Source: Staphylococcus phage vB_StaM_PB50. Taken from it: 64,000 nucleotides of DNA. Below, piece by piece: positions 47,902 through 57,849 of the stretch. Below the pieces are notes generated by a model. The model saw only the letters and a program-made list of their open reading frames with translations. It searched no databases and had not been told where the DNA came from. The stretch is from the sequence record OR770614.1; one strand, 5' to 3'. Both the position numbers and the translations under genes were made by a program. Each line of letters begins with the position of its first letter. Within the stretch, counting starts at the first letter, position 1.

Positions 47902-49212
47902 CTATTCAAAATCCTTTATAAATTTATCTTTTAAATTTGTTATTTTATCTTCTCTAAATTTAGTTTGTCTAATTTTAAATGGTCTTTCAGGTATTAAGAA
48001 ATCAGTTGTATGAATATTTTCTTCATCTGAAATTGTCATATATTTAGGGTTAGACGTATCAAAAGCTGTATAAATATCAAATTTACCTTTTTTCATTAAA
48101 TTATATTTAGCTTGTGAAATTAATACACTATAATAAATATCTTTTAATTTAACCGATTTTCTATAATTAGATGGATCTTGAAGTTCTGGAGATTCTTTAC
48201 CGTTAACTATTATACCTTTACCATGATAATTCTTACCAATATAGTATATTAAATAAATAAACCCTTGATCATCTTTAACACTGAATAATTTATACCCATC
48301 TTTATCTTCATCAAATATTTCATAAATATTCCAGTCTTTAATTATTCTACGTTTAGCATAATAAGGTCTATTTTCAGGTCTTAAATGATAAGGTTGTCCT
48401 CCAATAGGCATTTTCTTATCGTATTCTTCTTTTTCAAGTTGTTTAATATATGTTTTACTGAAATTATCAAATAAGAAAGACACTTGATCATCAAAACCTT
48501 CATAATTATAAGTAACTGGTAAAATAACTTTAAATATTTTGCTATTAGTTTTATTAAATACTTTTCTTAAATTAAAGTCATTTAATTTAATTCTTATTTC
48601 ATTAGAGCTAATATCTTCATAATAATCATCAATTTCAATTGATTCTAAAGAACTAATTAAAGTACTATATGATTTTGGATTCTCTTCTTCAATATCTGTA
48701 TGAATAACAATTTCTTCATTTTCATGATCAATATGAGCAATCATTCTATAATCTTTCATATCAAGATAATCAACGTCATATACTTCTTCTTTATCAGGTT
48801 CTCTTGACCATATTTCTAAATCATCAAATTCTTTTATTTCTAATTTAGAATTATCTTTCAAAGTAATATTTTTTAAGAAATCTTTTCCAATATGTTTTCT
48901 AGATAAATGAGTGAAGAATATCTTTAATTGAGATTTATTTAATTTAGGTATATCTTTATCTAGTTCAAAGAAGTAACAATCATTATTAAATTTTTCTTTA
49001 TTACCATAATTATTTCTATAATCATTTAATAAGTTTTTTAATTCTTTATCTTCCATAAATCTAGTTAAATTATCAATAATAAATCTATTATGATCAAATC
49101 TATAAAACCAAGTACCGTCTACATCCATCTTTCTAAATTTAGAAGGAATTTTTCTACCATTTTTTCTATATAATGATTTCTTTTTACTAAATACATCTGA
49201 TTGTTTTGCCAT
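47902..49212 (-). CDS. hypothetical protein
   Basis: 436-aa ORF; candidate promoter motif at 49272-49296. Confidence 0.5.
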   Translation of the reverse strand: MAKQSDVFSKKKSLYRKNGRKIPSKFRKMDVDGTWFYRFDHNRFIIDNLTRFMEDKELKNLLNDYRNNYGNKEKFNNDCYFFELDKDIPKLNKSQLKIFFTHLSRKHIGKDFLKNITLKDNSKLEIKEFDDLEIWSREPDKEEVYDVDYLDMKDYRMIAHIDHENEEIVIHTDIEEENPKSYSTLISSLESIEIDDYYEDISSNEIRIKLNDFNLRKVFNKTNSKIFKVILPVTYNYEGFDDQVSFLFDNFSKTYIKQLEKEEYDKKMPIGGQPYHLRPENRPYYAKRRIIKDWNIYEIFDEDKDGYKLFSVKDDQGFIYLIYYIGKNYHGKGIIVNGKESPELQDPSNYRKSVKLKDIYYSVLISQAKYNLMKKGKFDIYTAFDTSNPKYMTISDEENIHTTDFLIPERPFKIRQTKFREDKITNLKDKFIKDFE

Positions 49213-49271
49213 TTCTTTCCACTCTCCAAATTTATTAAGAATAAGTTTAATTTTAATAGTGACATATTCTC

Positions 49272-49296
49272 GTTTTTATAATATATATTTTAACAT
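49272..49296 (-). promoter_or_regulatory. conserved AT-rich motif (CGTTTTTATAATATATATTTTAACA), candidate promoter for 47902-49212
   Basis: Lies 61-83 nt upstream of the start. Confidence 0.35.
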
Positions 49297-49350
49297 AAAA
49301 TTAAAAATTAAGCAAGAATTTTTATATGAAAAATAATAAATTTTTTCAAT

Positions 49351-49854
49351 CTACATAAAATTCTTTTTAGTTTCTATTTTCATAAATTCTGTTTTATCTA
49401 TCTCTTCAAAAATAGTATAAATATCATTTAAGTAAATATAAAAATAATCATCTTTGTCATTATATTGAAAATTTAAACGAAGATAATTATTAGAATTATC
49501 TTCGTCAATAGATGGACATTCAATTAAACCATGTTTATAAGGCATGTTAGAATCATACTCTATACTATTTTTATTTATATTTATTTCTTTATGAATATCC
49601 AAACTAATAGGAACATATAATTCTGACGCTTTTAGTATTTCTCCATCTTTTTTATTGTATGCTTTACATCTTATAAAAGGTAATATTTCATCACTTAAAA
49701 TATTATATAACATCATAAAAATATCATCATTTTCATCAACTTTAAATACAATATCTTTTTTCATATCTCTATAATATTCAAAGACAGATGATAATTTCTT
49801 TTCAGTTTCAAATAGTTCTTGAAACTTTTTAGGCTTAAATAAAAAATATCTCAT
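49351..49854 (-). CDS. hypothetical protein (C-terminus loosely resembles the family tail: KIETKKNFM)
   Basis: 167-aa ORF. Confidence 0.4.
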   Translation of the reverse strand: MRYFLFKPKKFQELFETEKKLSSVFEYYRDMKKDIVFKVDENDDIFMMLYNILSDEILPFIRCKAYNKKDGEILKASELYVPISLDIHKEININKNSIEYDSNMPYKHGLIECPSIDEDNSNNYLRLNFQYNDKDDYFYIYLNDIYTIFEEIDKTEFMKIETKKNFM

Positions 49855-49871
49855 TAAATATACCTCTTTTT

Positions 49872-51988
49872 CTAAAATTTAACCATATTTGATACGAAAG
49901 AACTATTAGAAGATTCTAACACTTTAACTCCAATAGATTCAATAATATCTTTACCCGGTTTAATGTGATCTTCTATCATTGAATCATAATCAATAAAAGG
50001 TCTAAATTCTTCAGGAATTGTATTACCTTCAACTGCAATTACATTCATTCCATTTTTAACTAATCTTTCGTTTCTAAACACTTCTCTAAATTTATCTAAT
50101 AATTCTTCATCATCAACTTTATCCTTAATATCTCCAAATGATTTAATATTTAATTTGACCATTAAGATATTTGCTGGGAGAGATATTTCTTTATCTGGAT
50201 ACATTAAATTCCATGATAAAGCTGCTCTATAATTCATTTGTGTATAAGGATCTTTATATACTTCTGCATTATTAGCTTTACCAGGTTTTAAGAATTCAAT
50301 ATCACCATTCTCTAATGATTTTTTAATCATCTCTTCAATTTCTTTATATTTACGTATAATTCCAATTCTATCAATACCAGTTTTATTTTCTAAAATATCT
50401 TTTTGTAATATTTCAGTAAATAATTCTCTGATACGTTTATTAGTATTAACTTTTCTAATAGCCATACCTTTAACATCTAAATCTGGAGGTTTAATTAAAT
50501 TACCTTCTTGTTGAATTACTGATGATGCATAAGTTTTCTTTTTATCTGTCGTTAATTGTTTGTCTAATAAAAATTCATTTTTCATTGATATTAACCCTAA
50601 ATGTTCATCTTCTAATCCTAAATCTTTACAGAATCTATGATAAGATAATTCTAGTAATTTAGTAATTTGATAGTTAATAATAGATATATTACCTACACGT
50701 TGTTCTAGTTTATCTTCTAAACCATTTTCTGCAATAGGGAAATCTTCAGGTTTCTTTTCTTTCATTTTTTGATATAATGGATCTAAATGTACGAAGTTAC
50801 TATCTGTCTTTAATATTATATTTTTAAATATAAAATAGACTATATCATATACTCTTTATAAGTATCATTATATTTAGTCGTTGAACAATCATTCTAATTG
50901 ATGCTGATTAATTTAATAAATATTTTCTCAGCAATTAATAATGTGAAACAACTTAAATTACTTTAAGCAGCGACCATGTTATCATAATCGATTGTAAGTA
51001 CACTTCTACGTTTTTTATAATTCATTCTATACATTCTATTGTAATCTTGATAATTATAAATAACCCAATCTTCTAATATATCAAATAATTCATCTAATAA
51101 TGGAATCATATCTTCAGGTGGTTCGTTCGGATCTAAGAAATCTTCTCGTCCAGTCATTTTACTAATTTTATTATCAAATATATCTGTATGATCTAATAAA
51201 CCATAAAGATTATTTTTAAAATAAACTTTGTTTTTCTCATCTTGAGTTAAATTACTAAAGAATTCTTTTAAATCATTTTCCTCATCTTCAGAGAAATTAT
51301 ATTCTACGTTATCCAATAAACCTTTTAATATTTCATTATCAGTAGGAACTGAATTTATCTTAATATCATGATCTTTATATTCTTCTTGACAAATTCTTGC
51401 AATATAATTATAAATTTCACTAATATTCATAAAGAATATTTTACTACCTATAAATCTTTCTAAAGCTATTGCTGAAGTCGTAACAATATCGACACCACTA
51501 TATGTGATAGCTGGACCTGAATAAGGATCATAGAAAATACTATTCCCTTGTATCATAGCACCGTAGTAACTATTAGCCAAAATCTTAATTGTTTTTTGCT
51601 CATTCATGTATTTATGATATTTGACATCATCTACACCTTTACTTATAAACATATTATGTTTAGCTACTTTACGTGAGTCAATGAAGTCTTTTAACATCTC
51701 TGCATTTAAATTTTTTCTTTGTGATTGTGGTTGATAAATCGAACCTGACCCAGTTACTATTAAATTTGAATTAATAACTGTACGTAATAAAGAATCAACA
51801 TTCATTTCTTGACCTGATACTTCTGTCATGACAGGTTTAACATTTTCTTTTACAAACTCTCTACATTCTTTTAATATTTCTTCTTTATCAAAATCCGGAT
51901 TATTCTTTTGAACCATCCATACCAATTGTTCTAAATAACCAGTTAAAGCTCTTTTTCTTTCTTCTTTATTCTTTAATTCTGTTGTCAT
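49872..51988 (-). CDS. family-B DNA polymerase, C-terminal half (motif B, motif C region, thumb); two exons approx 51988-50966 and 50807-49872 separated by one group I intron; separately translated from the N-terminal half
   Basis: Own RBS TAGGAGGTTAG 10 nt before ATG 51988. Motif B KILANSYYGAM with downstream AITYSGVDIVTTSAIALERFI. Across the intron, ...VLTIDYD...|TDSNFVHLDPLY is a motif C-like junction (YGDTDS context). The exact splice junction is not resolved. Confidence 0.8.
50808..50965 (-). mobile_element. group I intron (ORF-less, about 158 nt) in polB-C at the motif C region
   Basis: On the minus strand: ...ATGGTCGCTGCT then TAAAGTAATTTAAG (hairpin), P TTAATTGCTGAGAAAAT, Q TTAATCAGCATC, R GTTCAACGACTAAAT, P8 ATACTTATAAAGAGTAT, S GATATAGTCTATT, P9 TTATATTTAAAAATATAA, ...TATTAAAG then exon ACAGATAGT. 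Confidence 0.7.
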
Positions 51989-52120
51989 TTGGTTTACTAA
52001 CCTCCTACATAATTATAAAAATCTAGTTATTCTTTAGTATTAAAATTTTTAAATTATCATTAACAAAACATACTATTTATTAATAAACTAATTAAATCTA
52101 AGAAAGAGATGTGAAACATT

Positions 52121-52399
52121 TTGTCTAATAATTTATCTTCAATCGAAAAACAAATATTAGAAGCTACTGATGAAGCTCTTATTCAAGAGCAAAACATCAT
52201 GCGTTTAGATGAACGTACTAAACGTAAACGTAGATTAAATCAAGCAGCATTAATTGCAGCTAAAGAAGCTCAAGATCCTATTTACTTTAAATACCAAAAA
52301 GCTTCTAGAGCACGTAGAAAATGGCGTGACTTAATTCGTCAAAAATACGCTACTAAAGCTAAATTAAAATTAGCTGAGTATGATCACAACAAAAAATAA
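52121..52399 (+). CDS. small basic hypothetical protein (92 aa)
   Basis: K/R-rich (KRKRRLNQAALIAAKEAQ...RARRKWRDLIRQKY); followed by the conserved hairpin. Confidence 0.45.
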   Translation: MSNNLSSIEKQILEATDEALIQEQNIMRLDERTKRKRRLNQAALIAAKEAQDPIYFKYQKASRARRKWRDLIRQKYATKAKLKLAEYDHNKK

Positions 52400-52408
52400 T
52401 TTATATTT

Positions 52409-52443
52409 ATCCCAATACCTATTGTATTAATAGGTATTGGGAT
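52409..52443. terminator. bidirectional hairpin ATCCCAATACCTATTGTATTAATAGGTATTGGGAT
   Basis: Same stem as 4033, 16143 and 37548, between convergent genes. Confidence 0.6.
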
Positions 52444-52448
52444 TATTT

Positions 52449-53105
52449 TTATTTAAAATTTTTATTTATTTTATATTTTTTAACTTCACTTTCAGAAAGC
52501 TCTTCAATTATATTATTCTTTCTGCTGTTAAATACATTTTCAATCTCTTGTAAATAAAATATATTACTGTCTTCTACTTTTCCATTTTTAAATAAAGATA
52601 GATTGAATGAATATATATCTCCTAAAATGAATTTAATTTTGTTTAAAATAGAATAAACTAATTTTTCAAAATCATCTTTATCTATATGAATTTTGACATT
52701 ATTATCCGAATATTCTATATGAAACTCTTCATTTAAATCTATTAAAGCTACTTTAGTTGCATATAGATCATAATATACACCTAAATCTAATTTCAATCCA
52801 ATATCAGAAAAATTCTCAACAAATAATATAGAAATAAAATTATTATTATCAATATCACTTGAAAATACTAATGACATGGGGTTTTTATCTAAACTATTTG
52901 AAATAAAATCTTTGATTAAAATTTTAAAATATAAGAAAAAGCTGATTTTATCATTTAATTTAAACACATTATTTTTTCTTAAATTTACATCTTTAGAAAA
53001 ATTGAAATTCAAATAATTAATTTTTAATCTATAATAAAAAGAATCATCATTGAATCTCAATAAATTTGTATAGTGGTTTATTAATTCATCTTTAAATTTC
53101 TTCAT
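52449..53105 (-). CDS. outlying member of the KYLVKxNFK-tail family
   Basis: C-terminus LSESEVKKYKINKNFK; N-terminus MKKFKDELINHYTNLLRFNDD. Confidence 0.5.
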   Translation of the reverse strand: MKKFKDELINHYTNLLRFNDDSFYYRLKINYLNFNFSKDVNLRKNNVFKLNDKISFFLYFKILIKDFISNSLDKNPMSLVFSSDIDNNNFISILFVENFSDIGLKLDLGVYYDLYATKVALIDLNEEFHIEYSDNNVKIHIDKDDFEKLVYSILNKIKFILGDIYSFNLSLFKNGKVEDSNIFYLQEIENVFNSRKNNIIEELSESEVKKYKINKNFK

Positions 53106-53131
53106 TCAAAATTTCCCTTCAATATATTTTA

Positions 53132-53410
53132 TTAATTTCTAATATATGAAATTATAAATGAAATTACAAATAAAATACTCAATACAAGAATTACTGTCAA
53201 TCCAAATGTTACTATAAAGTCTAAGACAGGACTACCCAAATGGATATCTGGAAAGTTAAATATTGATTCGTTAGGAATATTATCGTCTGGTGTATGTTGT
53301 GGCATATTTGCAGGGTTAGTTGGACTGGTGGGATTAGCTGGATGTAAAGGATTGTTTGGATTAGCTGGATTAGCTGGATTTAAGGGACTAGTGGGATTAG
53401 ATGGGTTCAT
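53132..53410 (-). CDS. tail-anchored membrane protein with N-terminal NPxNP proline/asparagine repeats
   Basis: MNPSNPTSPLNPANPANPNNPLHPANPTSPTNPAN ... C-terminal TM helix VLDFIVTFGLTVILVLSILFVISFII. Confidence 0.5.
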   Translation of the reverse strand: MNPSNPTSPLNPANPANPNNPLHPANPTSPTNPANMPQHTPDDNIPNESIFNFPDIHLGSPVLDFIVTFGLTVILVLSILFVISFIISYIRN

Positions 53411-53454
53411 TATTCATTCTCTCCTTATCTATAATATTATTTAAAAACATTGAA

Positions 53455-54177
53455 TCATTCTAATTCTAATCTTTCATATCCTAAATAACCTTTAGCTTCT
53501 TGTATATTATTATACTTATTAATTAAATTAACTAAACTATGTCTTAATCTATAATATACAGTACCTTTACATTTACTAATATTCTCATCTAAGAACATAA
53601 TCCATTCATATAATATTTTTTCATCAATTTCTTTAATTAGATTCCTATGAATCAAATATTCTATTACAGATTGTAAATTAGGATTAAATATAATTCTATT
53701 TAATTTATTCTGATTAAATTCATCTTTAAAATTGATGTATATTACATCCGAAATATACTTGGAATCATCTTCTTTAATTTTAGTTCCTATATCAATTAAT
53801 CGATTAATAAATAGATATTTATCATTAATAATCATAGTATCAGGATCTACCATTTTAACTAATCTCTTAATTGATGCTTTTCTTAATAGACCTGTTAAAA
53901 ATTTATCCTCTTTTCCATTAATTCTTATACCTTCAGATTCAAAATTGTCTATGATATAATTTATAAATTCTTCATATTTGTTTAACTCATTTTTAGTAAA
54001 TAAAGTTTTATCTAGATTATCTTTAATATAACAACTTAAAATATTACTTTCCAGCAATAACTGAAAAGTAATAATATTTTTTGAAGATGGATCATTTAAA
54101 TTAATTGTCATTAATTGATCTATACGTATACTATCTCTATTCTTTAACTTCACTTCTTTATTCTCCTTTACTAACAT
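53455..54177 (-). CDS. hypothetical protein
   Basis: 240-aa ORF. Confidence 0.5.
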   Translation of the reverse strand: MLVKENKEVKLKNRDSIRIDQLMTINLNDPSSKNIITFQLLLESNILSCYIKDNLDKTLFTKNELNKYEEFINYIIDNFESEGIRINGKEDKFLTGLLRKASIKRLVKMVDPDTMIINDKYLFINRLIDIGTKIKEDDSKYISDVIYINFKDEFNQNKLNRIIFNPNLQSVIEYLIHRNLIKEIDEKILYEWIMFLDENISKCKGTVYYRLRHSLVNLINKYNNIQEAKGYLGYERLELE

Positions 54178-54196
54178 ATCGCATAACCTCTTTCTT

Positions 54197-55441
54197 TTAA
54201 ATAAATGTTTTCTTAACTGTATCGTGCATAATTATTCTCTTAAGTTCTCCTTTAGATTTACTAACTAAAAATCTTGGATCGTTATATTTAAATTTATCAA
54301 TATTATTAAAACTAGGATTTAAAATATCTTTTATAAGTTTTTTCTTCTCTGTTGTAGTTGTATTTTTATTAATTAAATCTAATAATTTAATAAAGAATGC
54401 TTCAACATTCTCATTTTCAGGTAATTTATTTTTAAATATTACACATAAACGAAAAATACTATCATATTGATAATTATTGAAAAAGAATGCTTTAACTATA
54501 TCATCATTATCACCTAAGTAAGTTTCTTTATTGTATTTTAAATAATCATCTATTCTATTATAAATACCTGTATCTTGTATATTTTTATTGTAAATTCTTA
54601 TTCTTTCAATTAAATACTTTTTATCAAATTCTTTATATTTAATATCTTTAACTTTATTATTAATAATATTGTCCACTGTATTTTCAATATAATTTAATAT
54701 ATCGTTATCAGATTTTTTATATTTTCTTCCAAATACACGATACAACTCATTCATAATTAATATTTTATTACTATACGTTTTATTTTTAGTTCCAGTATAA
54801 ATATAATCAATTACAGTTTTAATAAATTTTTCTTCTTTATCTTTATTAAAAGATCTAGTGTAGAATATTTTATTAAATAATTGAGTTATACCTATTTCAT
54901 TAATATACTTTAAACTCATTATATGTGTGTTCTCTTTAAAGAAGTCCATATCTTCATCTTTTATTAATTTAACCATATATGCAATATCTGTTTCGTTAGA
55001 GAAATATTCATCTATATCAATATTAATTTCATTTAAATCATTATCATAAATAAATTTACTGATATACATAAATTTAATTAATACATTTATATCTTTATTC
55101 ATATAATAATTATCTTCCATATTTATTTCTTTAATTAAATTATCCTTTAATATTTCTTTTAAATCTAAATTTTCAGTATGGTAATAATTTAATATTAATG
55201 AAGCTAATATGTCACCATTTTTTAAATTATTAAAATCTCTTATTTTGATAATCTTAATATTATCATTTATTTTTACTTCTTTCGAATTTAAAATATTCAA
55301 ATTATCTATACCTTCTGAAAGTGAATATCTATAGAACAAATTTGTAATAAATTTATTAATCATGTATTTATCATCTTCATTTAAATCATTATTTTTTAAA
55401 TCAAAGATAAATATATCATTTTCATATAAATCTTCTACCAT
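54197..55441 (-). CDS. hypothetical protein
   Basis: 414-aa ORF; candidate promoter motif upstream. Confidence 0.5.
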   Translation of the reverse strand: MVEDLYENDIFIFDLKNNDLNEDDKYMINKFITNLFYRYSLSEGIDNLNILNSKEVKINDNIKIIKIRDFNNLKNGDILASLILNYYHTENLDLKEILKDNLIKEINMEDNYYMNKDINVLIKFMYISKFIYDNDLNEINIDIDEYFSNETDIAYMVKLIKDEDMDFFKENTHIMSLKYINEIGITQLFNKIFYTRSFNKDKEEKFIKTVIDYIYTGTKNKTYSNKILIMNELYRVFGRKYKKSDNDILNYIENTVDNIINNKVKDIKYKEFDKKYLIERIRIYNKNIQDTGIYNRIDDYLKYNKETYLGDNDDIVKAFFFNNYQYDSIFRLCVIFKNKLPENENVEAFFIKLLDLINKNTTTTEKKKLIKDILNPSFNNIDKFKYNDPRFLVSKSKGELKRIIMHDTVKKTFI

Positions 55442-55511
55442 ATCTATTTCATCTCCTTATAAATTAAAATAGTGTAATATCAAATTAATGATATTACACT
55501 CTAATTATTAC

Positions 55512-55536
55512 ATTTTTATAATATATATTTAAATCA
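55512..55536 (-). promoter_or_regulatory. conserved AT-rich motif (CATTTTTATAATATATATTTAAATCA), candidate promoter for 54197-55441
   Basis: Lies 72-95 nt upstream of the start at 55441. Confidence 0.35.
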
Positions 55537-55539
55537 CAT

Positions 55540-57759
55540 TTATAAAAATATATTTCTTGCTAGATATTTAGTTCTGTATTTTCTAAATTTATTCAATACT
55601 TCATACTTCAAATTATCTCCATTATCTTTAATGAAATTACTGAAACTTCCACTTTTAATTTTACCTTCATTATCTTTGTAAACAAACTCTGAATTTAAGA
55701 AATATTTTGAGCTTGTATTAAGCTTTTCTAAATAAAAATTATTATGTGGTTGGTTGAAATTAATATTTCCAAATAATAGTAAAAGTATATTTGAAATAGA
55801 TTCATAATTACCATCTATAAATATACTTTTAATTACATTTAATGAGGTTGTTTGTCCTTTATAATCTACTTCCTCTCTAAATGAAGAAATCATATTATCT
55901 ACACCTGTAATTTCTAATTCTTCATTTTCTTGTTTAAATCCATTAATTGAAATTAAGAATATTAATGATACATCTTCAATACTTAGACCGTTATTAATAA
56001 TTCTAACACTTTCAGTTAATATATTACTTGATCCAAAACCATCAAATTTATTAAAGTTAATTATAAAATTGTCTAGACTAACACTTATTATATTTTTATG
56101 ATCATTTTTCTTACTATCTAATTCTTCAAAAATCTTTTTGTAATTTTTAATTAAATAATCTTTATCAAATTCATTTATATCTTTAATACACATTTTAGTG
56201 AAATAATCTATATTATCTAAAGAAGGAGACATCGTTATTTTCATAAAATTATCATTTTCAAGAGAATTAATTAAATCATATGTTGAATCTTTTAATTTAC
56301 TGAAATCAATATTAGTTGCATCAATATTTATTTTTTTATTATATTTTTTAATAACTTCAATTAAATTTCTTATAAGATTTTCATCATGTAAATCTTTAAT
56401 ATAGAATTTATCCTCATCTCTTAGATTTAAAGAATTATAAGTGTTAAAAATTCTAATTTCAAAATCATCTAATTGTTCTACTTTTTCATTAGCTTTTTCA
56501 TCAAGGAAATAATTAATTATATTTTCTTGATTTATATAACCTATAGAGTTTTTAATTTCACTAATAATATTAGATAATCTATTATTGTATTTTTCTTTAA
56601 CTTTATCAATTGTATAACTAGAAATACCTGAATTATTATCTTTAATGACTTCTTCAATTGATTTATCTAAGACACCATTAAAACCAATTTTTATATTCTC
56701 ATTAACATCTAAATTTTTATTTAATTTATTAAGAACATCATTAAAATCACTTAAAATTCTTTTATTTAAATCATTTCTTTGTCTCATGTATCCTTCTAAT
56801 TCTATATTTTTATCTTTTTTAATTTCAATTACATTTCTATCTAATCTTGTTTTCAAATTAGGATATTTTAATTTTTGATCATCAATAATATTATTTATTT
56901 CATTAACTCTAATTAAATTGTTTAATAGCATCATTGTATTTGCAAGAGAATAATAACTGTTTCTATTATATCCTCTATATGCACCCACAAATAATAAATA
57001 TTCTAATCCAATAAATTTGTATAGATCTGCTCTAAAGTCAGTAGTTTTATATACACATGTAGCTATAAATTTCATTACCTCTGGTGCATACTTATATATG
57101 ATATTCATATCTGGGATGGATTCTTTTTCTATTGATTTATACCATTTTCTTTTTTCTCTAATAGATACTGTCTCGTCAATACACAATATATTTTCAAAAG
57201 ATAATTCAGATATTTTATTATTTTCATCAACAAAACAATCAGATTGGAAGAATTTTATATCAGTTTCTAATCTATCTGTAATTACATTATTATAATTTAT
57301 AGACATATTTCTAAGTACAAAAGTATCTTTTAATTTAGTACCATTATCTAGTCGTTCACCTTTATTTGTAAAAATATCCTCACGTCTATTTACATTATTT
57401 ATAATATCTGAATCTCTTATTGTACTAGTATCGCCATACGGATCGTTAAAAATAGAAATACCTTCTTCATTTTCATCCAATAACCCGTCTGTATTAATAT
57501 CAGGATGACTCATTAAAAAATCTTTATAATTTTTTCTATATTCATTATCTCTAACCATTACTTTTTGTTTGACATCTCCATATGAGTATCTAACGAGGTT
57601 AATTAAATTTTCTTCTATTCTACTTTTCAAATTATCAGTTAAAAAAGTTCTAGTATTCGTATCTTTTCTATTGTACATAACATCTAAATCACAAAATTCC
57701 TTATTATATATAGTTACATTAAATAATTTTTCTATCTCATCTTTTACAAAATTTTCCAT
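55540..57759 (-). CDS. large hypothetical protein (739 aa)
   Basis: Long N/K/I-rich ORF with no recognisable motif. Confidence 0.5.
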   Translation of the reverse strand: MENFVKDEIEKLFNVTIYNKEFCDLDVMYNRKDTNTRTFLTDNLKSRIEENLINLVRYSYGDVKQKVMVRDNEYRKNYKDFLMSHPDINTDGLLDENEEGISIFNDPYGDTSTIRDSDIINNVNRREDIFTNKGERLDNGTKLKDTFVLRNMSINYNNVITDRLETDIKFFQSDCFVDENNKISELSFENILCIDETVSIREKRKWYKSIEKESIPDMNIIYKYAPEVMKFIATCVYKTTDFRADLYKFIGLEYLLFVGAYRGYNRNSYYSLANTMMLLNNLIRVNEINNIIDDQKLKYPNLKTRLDRNVIEIKKDKNIELEGYMRQRNDLNKRILSDFNDVLNKLNKNLDVNENIKIGFNGVLDKSIEEVIKDNNSGISSYTIDKVKEKYNNRLSNIISEIKNSIGYINQENIINYFLDEKANEKVEQLDDFEIRIFNTYNSLNLRDEDKFYIKDLHDENLIRNLIEVIKKYNKKINIDATNIDFSKLKDSTYDLINSLENDNFMKITMSPSLDNIDYFTKMCIKDINEFDKDYLIKNYKKIFEELDSKKNDHKNIISVSLDNFIINFNKFDGFGSSNILTESVRIINNGLSIEDVSLIFLISINGFKQENEELEITGVDNMISSFREEVDYKGQTTSLNVIKSIFIDGNYESISNILLLLFGNINFNQPHNNFYLEKLNTSSKYFLNSEFVYKDNEGKIKSGSFSNFIKDNGDNLKYEVLNKFRKYRTKYLARNIFL

Positions 57760-57789
57760 ATCTTAAATATTCATTCCTTTCAATATATA

Positions 57790-57839
57790 AAAAATAAAAT
57801 ATAATATGTGGTAATAGAGAAATTAATCTCCATTACCAC
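57790..57839 (-). terminator. rho-independent terminator after the VWA gene (GTGGTAATGGAGATTAATTTCTCTATTACCAC plus U-rich tract on the minus strand)
   Basis: Hairpin at 57808-57839 followed on the minus strand by ATATTATATTTTATTTTTT. Confidence 0.5.
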
Positions 57840-57849
57840 ATAATTAGTA

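Noticed and set aside
27510-51988. Inteins as the cause of the interrupted polymerase and RNAP genes
   Set aside because: The interruptions are 136-183 nt, too short for an intein. They contain stop codons and ribozyme core elements. There is no C/S/T...HN intein boundary signature.
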